Below, piece after piece: positions 52,576 through 64,000 of a stretch of 64,000 nucleotides of DNA. The first letter of the stretch is position 1. Every line of letters starts with the position of its first letter. Position numbers and translations under genes: made by a program. The notes beneath the pieces are model-generated. The model saw only the letters and a program-made list of their open reading frames with translations, was not told the DNA's origin and ran no database searches. Source of the DNA: Eledone cirrhosa (lineage: Eukaryota); the NCBI GenBank assembly GCA_964016885.1, contig OZ024743.1, positions 156,860,001-156,924,000 on the forward strand, given 5' to 3'.

Positions 52576-53850
52576 GCGAGTGGGAGAGAAAAGAAGGGGA
52601 ATATGTATTGGTTAAGGTGATGTTGAACATGTTATTGAAAGAGAGGAGAGGGGGTAATTCATTTATATAAGAAAAAGGATTAGGCAGGGTGTTAGGGAGG
52701 TAACTCTTTAGAGAACTTATGGATTCTGGACTATGGTTCATTGTTCGTTTCAGTTTTAGTTTAATCCGAAGTTTAGTCCATTAAGTAGAGGTTAGAATTT
52801 GTTAATGAAGTACGTTTCCTTATTAGGATGAAAGAAGCGTTGTCTATGAATTTGTAAATGGGGAAAATTCTAAAGTTTAGTAGTTGTTTAGGTGCAAAAT
52901 TGGCGATATGTTCACTGAAAGCAATCTTTGTGTATTCCTGTATTTTGATTTGTGATCTATGGACGGTCATAATTTTTTTTGTCTGTCCTATGTTGTGCTC
53001 TCGACAATCTGAGTAGGTCAAAACATAGATTAGGTTTTTAGATGCACATGTAAAGTTGTATTTAACTGTGAAATGTTGTCCTTGTTTAAAGTGTAATGTT
53101 GAACCTTCTATTAGATTTATGCATATACCACAGTTGTGCCTTCGGCATTTTTTTACTGGGGGTTCATTGTGAGGGTTGGTTGGATTTTGGCTTGTGTGAG
53201 GATGTTTCTTTATGGATTTAGGTTGTCTTTTGCTCTTTATGATGTTGTGTGTTTGGTGGATTGAATTTTATTGATTCGTGGGTCGCTTTTTAGTAAAGGA
53301 ATATTCTGGAGGATGGTTCGAATGCCTCATTGTTGAAGGGGCTATGTGTGGTAGAGTTTTCTGTTTCGGTTCATGTCTGAGTTCATGGATGTTGAGTTTT
53401 AGGGCACGTTGGAATCCATTGTTGATTAGGGATGGTGGGTAGTTTCTGCTGATGAGTGTGTTCTTTAATTCTTCTAGTCATGTGTAGCATGTGTATTTAT
53501 CTGAAACTATTGTGCAGATCCTTTTGGCTAGGTTATAAGGAATTGCAATGTTGGTATGGCGAGTGTGGCAGGAGTTAAATGGAAGATTTTGTTTGGAGTT
53601 TGTCTCTTACGCCCTACCTAATCCTTTTTCTTGCATAAATGAATTACCCCCTCTCCTCTATTTCTCCTACCCGACCACCCTGAATTAGTTCCCCCTGCAT
53701 ATTAATTCTCTAAAAAGGGAAAACATATTCAATCCCAGGCGGACATTTGCCTCCATCATGGATCAACTTCTTTAAGCGTTCGTACCATAATAATATGTTT
53801 TGAACTGCTTATCCTCCAAAAACAATACTTGTAAATAATATTATTCTTTG

Positions 53851-54028
53851 GATTGGCAGTATTGGTAGAGGGTCGGACGCCATGCTTTCCAGTATAGTTA
53901 CGTCCCTTTACGATCTGAGTTCAAATCCCGCCGAGGTTGACTTTGCCCTTCATCCTTACGGGGTCGATAAAATAAAGTACCAGTAATGAACTGGGTAATT
54001 GCTGGCCTTGTGCCTAAAGTAGACACAA
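53851..54028 (+). mobile_element. tRNA-derived SINE inserted in the PLE pseudo-LTR
   Basis: A and B boxes; AATATTATTCTTT duplicated on both sides. Confidence 0.9.
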
Positions 54029-54513
54029 ATATTATTCTTTCTTTCCCATTACCTTATCATGTTCCACATCACCACTTTATTTACTTCAAAAACCTTCTTT
54101 GTAAATAATATTATTCTTTCTTTCCCATTTCAATAACATATTAACTTCTTTGAGCGTTCGTACCATAAAAACATGTTTTGACTGCTTATCCTCAAAATAC
54201 AATGCTTGTAAATAATATTGTTCTTTCTTTCCCATTTCAATGACATGTTCAACATCATCTTAACCAATACAAATTCCCCTTTTTTTCTCTCCAACTCAAA
54301 TAATTTAATAATGCATAAAATGCTGAAACCGGTAATTGATAATCATTAAATAAATAAATAAATAAATAAATAAAAGGTATTATTAATTAATAAATAAATT
54401 AACTAATACCTTACCACTTCATACAAAGTAAAATATGTTGTTTTAAACAGTTCTAACCAGAAAAAAGAGAAAACAAATAAGGAAAAAAAATATTCTTCTT
54501 CCTAATAATCGTT

Positions 54514-54649
<136 letters not shown>

Positions 54650-54699
54650 GACATATTACACACACACACATATATATATACATATTGGGAAAGCAGGAG

Positions 54700-57600
54700 T
54701 AACAAATCTAAACGCAGAGTACAATGAAGAAATATATTATTAGTTTTACGCTTAATATATTAGGGAAAACGTCTCCACGTTTTGGACGCTACTCCTTCAT
54801 CAGAAAATAGTATGAGAAGTTAAAGAAGAAATAGAAAGATTGAGAATACGGGCAGCGGCAGGAACGAAAACGAATGTGTTTAGAGAAAAAACACGTCTAT
54901 TCACGTCACCATATTTAAGAACACTGTTAATGCTGGCGTTTTGTGTAAGATAATCTCCTTTTAAAATGTGGTAGTAGAGTGTATCTGGCTGAAAGGAAAA
55001 AAATAACGTTTTGTATATAAAGCTCCGGACGTGTGCGCATGCGTTTACATGTCTGTGTTTGTGCGTTTGTTATTCGTCCGTGCGAAGCTAGAGGATATGT
55101 GTGTTTATGTAAGTTTTAGAGGGTTGTGCCTGTGTGTGCTTGTAATTACGAATCTGTGAGCATATGTATATGTAAATAAACGTGTATTGTCTGTTAGTTA
55201 TTGGTACATACAGAGATGTGATAGTAAGTGTAGAGATGTTTGTCCACTTTATGTTGATTTGTCAAAGCAATAATAATGTGTGCTTCTGACAATAGCAGAG
55301 CTATAGAAACCTAGGGCTGAATGTACGCGTGTGTGCGACAGCGGACGAGGTAAGGGAGACAGGGGCTAACGGTAGAGAAATAAACAGGAGCGTGTGTGTG
55401 TGTGCAAGATCAAAGAGATTGGTAAGGGAATTCTGGCCATTAAGGAATCTGGACCCAAGGCGGAGAACTAGACTCTGGTCAGTCCTGGTGCGCAAGACAT
55501 TTCATCTGTGGTGTAAAAGTACAACAAGGACTGACACATGTACAGAAGAGTGGCCTGGGGAGTGACATGGGTATACAAACCGAGTCGTATGTCCCTCAAG
55601 TGTTCATCGAAACGGCCCACCATACGGCGGCTTCTTTGTCCGATGCATATTGACCCGCAAAGGGAACAACGGGGGGCATAGACTATGTGGGTGGATGTGC
55701 CGTTGGAAGAATGACGGATGTGGAATGAACCTTTAGTGCCTGTGTGAGTGCTGAGGTTAGACATGAAGGAACTCATGTTACACTGAGGTCCAGTACAATG
55801 GTGGGAGCCGGGTGGAGTCCGAAGAGAGGGAGGGAAGGAGCTATGTACGAGCGGATCATGGAGATTATGGGTGCACTTAATGGTGGTGATTGGTGGGATT
55901 GGAAAGAAGCGAGGAGTGATGGGTTCAGAAGAGAGTTTTCCGATGTAAAGGAGATGTAGGGTGGTCGGGTGGTAGGTGAAGCGGGTACAGGTGGAGTGAT
56001 AGGACTATGATACAATCGGTTTCATGAGAGCGGGTGAAGACAGCTTGGATCAGAGTGGAGGGATATCCATCCTGGATGCAGTCTGAGGCCATGTATTGGG
56101 ACTGGGTCTCGAAATCGTGGTGCTAGCTTCAGAGCCTATGAAGACGGTGTAATTGGTATTAGGCTGTAGAGATTGTGAGGAAATGAAATAGGTGTGAGAA
56201 TTAGTGAGCTTCTACAAATGGAGCTGGAGGTGTGTGGTTAGTGTGTGGTTAGTGTGGTCGATAGACAGAGTGGTGTTAAGAAATTTAACTGAAGATTTGG
56301 AGACAGATTTGGTTATGGTGAGAGCAGCCTTTAAATACTGGAAAAACGAAAGGAAGAAGTCGAGCTGATCACGGGAGAGAGTGGTGGCACCAATAAAATC
56401 GTCGATGTAACGACCGTATAGCTCAGGAGTCGCACCAGCGTACTGGGTGGAGATCAAGGCATCAGTGTAGCAAATGAAATAGTTTGTGTAGTTAGAGCCC
56501 ATTCGTGCAGCCATGGCTACCTGGTGGCAAAACCCTCCGGAAAAGAAAAAATACATTGAGATTTGAGAGAGAGAGAAAGCTAAGCAAGGCAGAGATTTGA
56601 AGTGCTAAGGGCGTAAGTATAAAAATGTCACTGAGCGCAGAGGTCTTCGTCGTGATGGATGAAAGTGCCGAGAGTGTTAATGTCCATGACACAGAGAAGA
56701 CGAGCGGGGGTGCGGAAGAGAAGGAGAAGTAGTTAAAGATTCGAAGGTTATGTTTAGTGTCATGGATTCGGGGGAATAGGTCGGTTCCTCAGTAAGGTAT
56801 CAAGATAGTTGGAGATAATTTTGATAGGGCAGTTAGAGGCTGAAACGGTAGGACTACTCGAATTATGTGGTTTATAGATCTTGGGGAGGAAGTACATGGT
56901 GGGTTAACGAGGGGTCCATACTATAAGAGTAGTAGCAGAAAGGGGTAGGAGAGAGGAAGAGATGAGTTGTCGAATGGTGGAGGACACAAGTTGTTGGTAG
57001 CCAGGATTATGGTCAGAAGATAAAGGCCAGCAAAATAGATGTTGTGCAGCTGGTGGAGGACCTCAATCCTGTAGATGTCTGCGCGCCACACCACCATAGA
57101 ACCACCTTTATCATAGGGTAAGATGACAATGCCATCATAGCGCCGTTGGTTGCGCTAAGCGGGGTGTTCAGCCTGAGTGAGAGTGGTGCGTCGAGAGTGC
57201 TTTTGCAAATTGAAGCGTTTGAAATTACGCCAAACAGTCTACACAAATCTGTCAAGGGTGCTGAAGTGGTCAGAGATCGGCTTCCACAGTGTTTGTTGGC
57301 CGCTGAGACTTTTGAAACAGCCTGTTTGGGCCTATGATTGGAAGTTGTAGAAGATTCCCTGTAGCTTTAGGCGACTTAAAAGCCGTTCAATTTCAGCATA
57401 TTTCGAAGCTTGCCGCACGTGGTGGGTATAAAGCGTAAACCACTGACCAGGAGAGAGCACTCACCTTCGGATAGTAGTAGATCAGGTGATAGTTTGACAA
57501 CCGTTTCGGAGGTACGTGTTAGAGAGAAACTAGTGAAGGCGGAGAGGCTGTAGTGGTTATATGTAGCGTGCGCAGAGTCAGTGATGGGGACGATGACAGA

Positions 57601-57700
57601 GTGAGTCATAGGCAACGAGATAATAGGGATAGGGCTGGACGTAAGATGGGTGTATGAGTTGACGGTAGACAGGGCGCCGATTGTGTCAAGTTTTTGTTTC
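54700..57700 (-). mobile_element. Decayed Neptune-type PLE (RT and GIY-YIG) with degenerate terminal hammerhead
   Basis: GLRFIPT, VAMAARMGSNY, YGRYIDDFIG, IVY...CSLCGSICIGQ...RFDEHLRDI; hammerhead remnant 54772-54807. Confidence 0.85.
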
Positions 57701-58069
57701 TTTTATTCCTAAACATCTTATGTTGCTGTACAAAATTCTACGCAGCTTCCATCATCATATACCCTTAATACAGACTGTGAACTAGTGACTTTATTTCTAT
57801 GCCCAAATACATACATATTTTACTTGAAAAACCTGTCTATCCAGGCATACTATATCATTTTCATTTTCATGTACGAATACACACTTGTAGAAATATAACT
57901 GCTAATTTGAAAACCTCTCATCTTTACTCAAAAGTGAAGCCCAATAATTAAATATCCTCATATTATGATCAGCAGCTGCATCAACATCAATGTATGCTAC
58001 TCTGTATTTCTAACATCATCGTCTTCATCATCATCATCTAAAAAAACAAAAAAAAGACAACAATAACAA

Positions 58070-58081
58070 ATAATAATAATG

Positions 58082-58124
<43 letters not shown>

Positions 58125-58142
58125 TAATAATAATAATAATAA
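58070..58142. repeat. (AAT)n microsatellite
   Basis: Direct inspection. Confidence 0.95.
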
Positions 58143-58877
58143 TTTTATTTTTTACTATGATAATGATAAGAGGAAATATAATTAATATTATTACTCGTGT
58201 TGTTAATTTGTTAAAATGTTCAAAGCTGATGATCAATATCAAAGAGATTAGCTGGATCTAATTAGAAGAATTCAAAGACATTAATATCAAGTGTCATGAT
58301 GTTCTGCAGCCTTCATTCCTACAGACTTATTTATTGACCGCTCTATAGAAGTAACCATTCCAAAGCTCATTCTCAAGGGTTAAATTCTTAATGGCTCAAC
58401 TATTGCAAACTATCAGCAAAAGTATAAAGCTTTTCAAATGAATACCCAACGTGAATGAAAAGAGATAAAAATGCAGTGATTTACATAGAAGAGAATTTGA
58501 GATTCTAATTAATAGCTAGTGGAGATTTGTAATGTGAGAGCAAGATTTTTTTTTATATTCAAACGAAAGAGACTACGTTGTGGCATAGAATGACTATCAT
58601 ATATAATCTCTTGAGGTAAATTAGCTGTGCTACTTAAAATTAAGTGATTGGAAAATTTGATAGGCAAGCGAAATACTCTAAACACAAACGAATTGGTCCA
58701 TGAGTAAATTTTGGTTTTCATGATAATCCTTTTTTAAGAAAATGTTTCTTTAAAAAATTCTTTTCATGGTAATATTTGTCGACAATAAACGTAGCATAAA
58801 AATTCACAATTATTGCTGATTTTCTGTCCAATTAACCCAGATCTGCTATCAGATATGTGACACACTAAGTGTAAGCA

Positions 58878-59072
58878 CAGACCTGCCAACCTCTATAAAC
58901 CCAAACGGGGAATACCATGAAAAAAAGTGCCCCAAAACGGGGAGTAATGTGTCAAAATGTGGAGATTTTACATAATGAAAGATATACCCATTTTCACAAG
59001 AGAAGACATCTTTCACCTACCCCAAAGTAGGTGGGAGATCTCTCCGCTGAACAGGGAGAGTTGACAGGTTTG
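58878..59072. mobile_element. 195-bp MITE with 13-bp imperfect TIRs and 6-bp target site duplication
   Basis: TAAGCA|CAGACCTGCCAAC ... GTTGACAGGTTTG|TAAGCA. Confidence 0.75.
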
Positions 59073-60796
59073 TAAGCATGACAGCGGTATAGAGAATTAT
59101 TCTTCTAAGTAAAATGCTTTCGCCTAAGGCAGACACCTGCCTGTTACGATGCATTGTATAATGCATAGAATCATTGTAAGGACAGAGTGTACTCTCTCTA
59201 CAGTGTATTTCTATATACCCACAATATATGTTGTTTGTGAAAATATATGTTGGTCAACGAGTCTGTTTCAGATTGCAACAGTTGTTGTTCCCATGGTGCA
59301 CATATTGTTAGCAGTGTACATCGAAACACTGTGAGTTTAATGCTGTTGCAGCTATTTCTGATCATATGGGTTTTTATATTGGCCTGTGAGAGAGGGATAT
59401 TGATTTTAGTATGTTGTGGTAGTAGTATTCTGTGGTGTTGTATGTGTCAAGTTGTTTGGATTTGATTTACCATGTAACGGTAGGGACTGTGATGGTGACG
59501 TTTGTTGTTCTAACACACGTTTTACCCATATGATATTTCATTTTTAGTAATTTGTTTGGATTTCTAGTTGGTCTGTACTTATGGTCAGTTTACAACCAAT
59601 GATAATGTGCACTACCACAAAATCACAGCTAATCTTCAAAATCTATGTTACACTATCGTATGAATGGATGAAGATATCGAATATTTAAACATTGAATATA
59701 ATATAAGAAATATCAACCGAATAATTTAGATTTCACAGTGAAACGTTGACTCTCATGTAATTATTTCACTGAATATTCAACAAGTATTCACATTAGAAGG
59801 CTACAAACTTTCATCTTTTCACGGATACACATAGTTATCATAGGACCTAGTAAAAACTAGTAAATAGCTATATACGAATATGTGTATAGGATAAGTATTT
59901 TTACCAAAGTATAAATCTAATAGATCTTTTTACCTGACACAAATTGTGTTTATATTACTGACTACAGTCTCTGCCAGTTAAAAACATATATTTTCATAGA
60001 CATACAATGGAGATTTTCTCTTTTCACAATGACGAACATAATTTTTCCTTGCTTTGTGTAATATTTTTTGTGCTGAATTTAATGCCTGATAATACTTTGA
60101 GCAAACGTGTTTCCCCCCCAAAATGAATGCTCTTTCAAAAAAATTATATCTATATGATTAAAGTTTTATCTGACAATTTCTGCCTATGTTCATCGATGAA
60201 GACTTGCATATTTAATATAAAGTTTTATTTACATTTCATCAGGAATATATTCACATCGCTTAAGACTATACATTAACTTCTTGCAGAAACTTATCAGTAA
60301 TGATTCAAGGAGGGAGAGCACTCCATGGTCTATCGACCAGCAAGCCGTATCAGCTAAATGACCCTCAAATCACATTTTAACGCATTGAGTAATAAAAGGA
60401 TAAAATTATTGAATGATTACGGCTGGTATTTCTTTCAGTTTAAGTGTGCTCACCTCGTATTGACTTCGGTTTGAGCAACAATAACTCAATAATATTGTTA
60501 ACATTTTTCATGGTGTCTTTTAATTAATGTTAGATTTTGAAGTTCAAAAGTGTGTGTCTGTGCTTGAACATAAATAGTATTTAAATTTTGAAATATTTCT
60601 TGTCCACTCGAAACATTTACAGAATGTCACTTCGTATACACATTTAAGAATAATGTATGCGATATTTTATTATACAACAGTAAATATAGTGTTTCAATTT
60701 AACCACGTTATTTCAATAGGGCCTAAGTCTAATGAAGTTCAGAAGAGTTGCCATTGAAGTTAGAATTTTACACGCTGGTGGAATGTTTGTCTAACG

Positions 60797-60965
60797 TAGA
60801 GGGTCGGACGCCATGTTTTGCAGCACAGTTACGCCCCTTTACGGCCTGAGTTCAAATCCCGCCGAGATTAACTTTGCCTTTCATCCTTATAGGGTCGATA
60901 AAATAAAGTAACAGTAATACACTGGGATTAATTGCTGGCCTTGTGCCAAAAGTAGAAACAATTAT
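60797..60965 (+). mobile_element. 5'-truncated tRNA-derived SINE
   Basis: B box GAGTTCAAATCCC; 3' GCCTTGTGCCAAAAGTAGAAACAATTAT. Confidence 0.9.
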
Positions 60966-61236
60966 ATGTATAGCGTTTTAACTTGATTGTTACTGAATGT
61001 TATCGCTCTCGTTTGGGTAGTTAAAGTGCATTTATCAATTTGTGTGAAGACATATTGTAATTAAAACATCGAGTTACAGAGAATGGGCTTAATTTAATTT
61101 CTACATCTTAGGAATTGCAATCTCACGAACATCGAATATAAAATGTTAACTCTAATGGTAACGCTTCTGAAAATTACTGATATGCTGCACGTTGCGTTAC
61201 TCTTATTTCTGTGTGCACTCGTCTGACAAAATCTCA

Positions 61237-62489
61237 TCTATATATATAAAACTGAGGATGTCTGTTTGTGTGAATTTGAATCCTTAAAACTCGAGAAGCA
61301 CCCAACCGACTGTTTTCAAACTTTACACATGTGATACTTATGTTTCAGGGAGTGTTCTGAGCAAAAGAAATTTCAAATGTTCAATGCCATAAGGACCGCA
61401 TTGGGCGATATAGCGATCATTCTCTATAATTCTTAGTTTTTCTCTTTTTAGATAGATACATACATATAACGTCGCGCCCTTATAATATATGTCTGTATGT
61501 CTGACTGTCTGCTGCCTCCGGTTATTCTGCCACCCTTGCTAAAGACAAATCTCACACTCATTCCCCAAAGAGTTGGTAAGTGCACACAAGTTCTTCCTCA
61601 GGTTTTAAGCCACAGTGTTGTCTACTTACGTACCTCCTGACCCTTACTCCTTTGCCAGCCGCGGTTGTGGCAATACCAAGCTTAGCTAAGGCGGTTATAT
61701 ATTTCCCACAACACTAAAAATGAAAGCCGGTAACTATGTATTAGTCAGTCTCTTCTTCATACCGTGAGCAAAGAAAATCCAACTTTTATTGGAGCGATTG
61801 AAATAAAGTCGATCCTGCTGCGATTCAAAAATCACGTTTGCAGGTTATAGATTTCACACAACACTAAAAGTTAAAGCCGGTAAAGAAAAACATCGCTATA
61901 ATAGCTTTAGTTTTCACAGTGTTGCTTACTTACGTGCCTTTACGAGAACAAAAGTTACTATTTTACCGCTTAGTATTGTAGAAAATCTATATATATATAT
62001 TTTTTTTCGTTTTGATTTTATACTTTTATGCGAATTACTTAAGAAATAAAGTATTGTATATGTTTTTGTGTCAAATTTTCAATGCCCTAGGGACCGCATT
62101 AGGCGATTTAGCGATCTCTCCCTATAATTCTTAGTCTTTCCCTTTTTAGATAGATACATACATATAACGTCGCGCCCTTATAATATCTGTCTGTATGTCT
62201 GGCTGTCTATTTTAAGTCACTTCCCACAATTCCCTCTGCGTCCAGAAAGCGCCCTTATAATATGCCTGTATGTCTGGCTGTCCGCTACCGTCCTTGCTCA
62301 AGACAAATCTCACACTCATTCCCCAAAACAGCTTCATCGAAGAAAATCTTAAAGATTATCCAGCCATCAGAGTATTCGGTTTATTTTCTTTACATATTCT
62401 CGAGACATGTAATTTTTCCACGATTAGGTCTGCTGGCCGCCCGCGTTCCAAAATACCGTATCCCGTGCAATGCTGGATACCACTTCTAG
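61237..62489 (+). mobile_element. Non-autonomous Helitron with internal duplications
   Basis: A|TCTATATATATAAAA 5' end; subterminal imperfect hairpin TATCCCGTGCAATGCTGGATA; CTAG|T 3' end; blocks 61372-61510 and 62075-62210 duplicated. Confidence 0.82.
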
Positions 62490-62535
62490 TAATTCATATA
62501 ATTAAAACAATGAATGCAATTTACTTAATAATAAA

Positions 62536-62569
<34 letters not shown>

Positions 62570-62889
62570 CTCATTACTCATCTCATGCTTTATCCCCTCT
62601 TTCTTCCTTTCTCTCTCGCTCTCCATTCAATATGAGGTTCTATCTTAAACCGACTTTTTTTTATACATATAGTATTCAGATGTTGACAGCAACCCTCGGC
62701 TTTGAGAATACTAACATTTTACAAAAAATATAAAATATACATGTGTGTGTGTGAGTGTGTGTGTGTATGTGTGTGCGTGTGCGTGCGTGTGTGTGTGTGT
62801 ATGTGTGTGTGTGTGTGTGTGTGTGTTTGTCTGTATGTGTGTGCGTGTGTGAACAAAAGTTAAACAGACACAATAAAGCAAACGACACA

Positions 62890-63010
62890 GTACAATGTAG
62901 AAATATATTAGTTTAACGCTTGACATAGTAGAAAAAGTGTCTTTACGTTTCGGAGACTAGTCTTTCAGCTCGAGATAGAATGAGAAATAAAAGATGAAAT
63001 AGAAAGGTGT
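62890..63010 (-). mobile_element. PLE 3'-terminal fragment with degenerate hammerhead, homologous to 47450-47510
   Basis: Minus strand TTTTATTTCTCATTCT...GACTAGTCTCCGAAACGTAAAGA. Confidence 0.65.
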
Positions 63011-64000
63011 ATAGAGAGATGAGGATGGAACCGTAAAAGAATGTTTTTAGTTAATCACGTATGCGTTCAATCAGCCATTTTGGGAAAAATAATATATATA
63101 TTTGTAAAAACTTAGTATAGATATCCAAGGAGTTAAAGCATTCAATCTGTAAGATAAGTAACGTACAATCAGCTGCAATACTTCTATTACTCAGTTATTT
63201 AAGTTTCAAAGGCCATTTCCTGATCATAAAACAACCTTCAAACATCCTGAGAAGAATCATACCACTAAGTTCGCAAACCACGTGTGCAACCACAAATAAT
63301 ATGGCACAGACTTCTCCATAAATTAGAGGATAGGGGAAACACCCACAACGTCGAAAAAAACTGCCTAAAGACACAGCTGCATTTCTTCAACTTTTCTCCA
63401 CATATGCCTCATTTTTTTCTGATAGATGGTCTACGCCGGAATAAATTAGATATAACCCTATGTTACGAATCATTTTTCTACACAAATCCAGTCTCTTTTT
63501 TTCCTTTTAGAATTTAGTCAATTAAGATTTTTAAGAGATCCATGCACTTAGCATTAGAACTCTCCTCGATCAAATATCTCCCGGAATATGGTAGCTTGAA
63601 TTATTTGCTTCTAAACCCAAGCGCGCAAATATCTAGATCAATGCAAACCTAATATACTTAGATCTAGATCCCAAATACGAACAGTAACCGTCCACGCTTT
63701 AGTTTAATTTTTTTTTAAATTAAATAAACCTCTTCATACTGTACATCAGCTGGGATAGATAACGATACCCCGTAGACCGATCAACGCTGGGTTCTAACGG
63801 ATACATATATTAGATAGTTTAATTAACTTCTTTATAACAATTTAGAAATAAAAGCGATTGACCATAGATTAAATAGCCTGACTTCTTTTAGGACATTTAC
63901 CTACTTCCATCGCCTACTGCTACTGATGTAGCTCCTCTCTTCTGACACCCAACTTGACAGTAATAGAACCCACACACACATGCCTATCGGGTATTAAAAT

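Larger units (their letters stand above)
52359..54511 (-). mobile_element. 5'-truncated Neptune-type PLE with inverted pseudo-LTRs, between (TA)n tracts
   Basis: Body 52700-53606 (PFNSCH, ARRICTIVSD, CRRHNCGIC, NLIY...IGQT); 52359-52692 inverted with 53607-53660 plus 54234-54511. Confidence 0.82.

Overview
AT-rich animal genomic DNA made almost entirely of repeats; no host protein-coding gene can be supported. The tRNA-derived SINE resembles the dominant SINE I recall from octopus genomes, so an octopod source is likely (inference). Contents: (1) a ~23 kb head-to-tail array of five to six decayed L1/Tx1-clade LINEs (16.4-39.6 kb), joined partly through (ATT)n tracts and SINEs; (2) several Penelope-like elements (PLEs; Naiad-type and Neptune-type RT/GIY-YIG), many with inverted pseudo-LTRs ending at (TA)n; (3) RTE and R4/Dong LINE remnants, SINEs, a Helitron and a MITE. 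The main result is RNA-level. A ~420-bp non-coding tandem repeat (7.66-10.24 kb, also 1-300, 47.3 kb and 51.0-51.9 kb) carries a type I hammerhead ribozyme with a palindromic stem III and an upstream octamer motif, i.e. a candidate non-LTR retrozyme / circular RNA family resembling newt satellite 2. About seven further hammerhead families lie in PLE-type termini, two of them with the compensatory U3-A8 core. All structures were paired by eye and none has been tested for activity.
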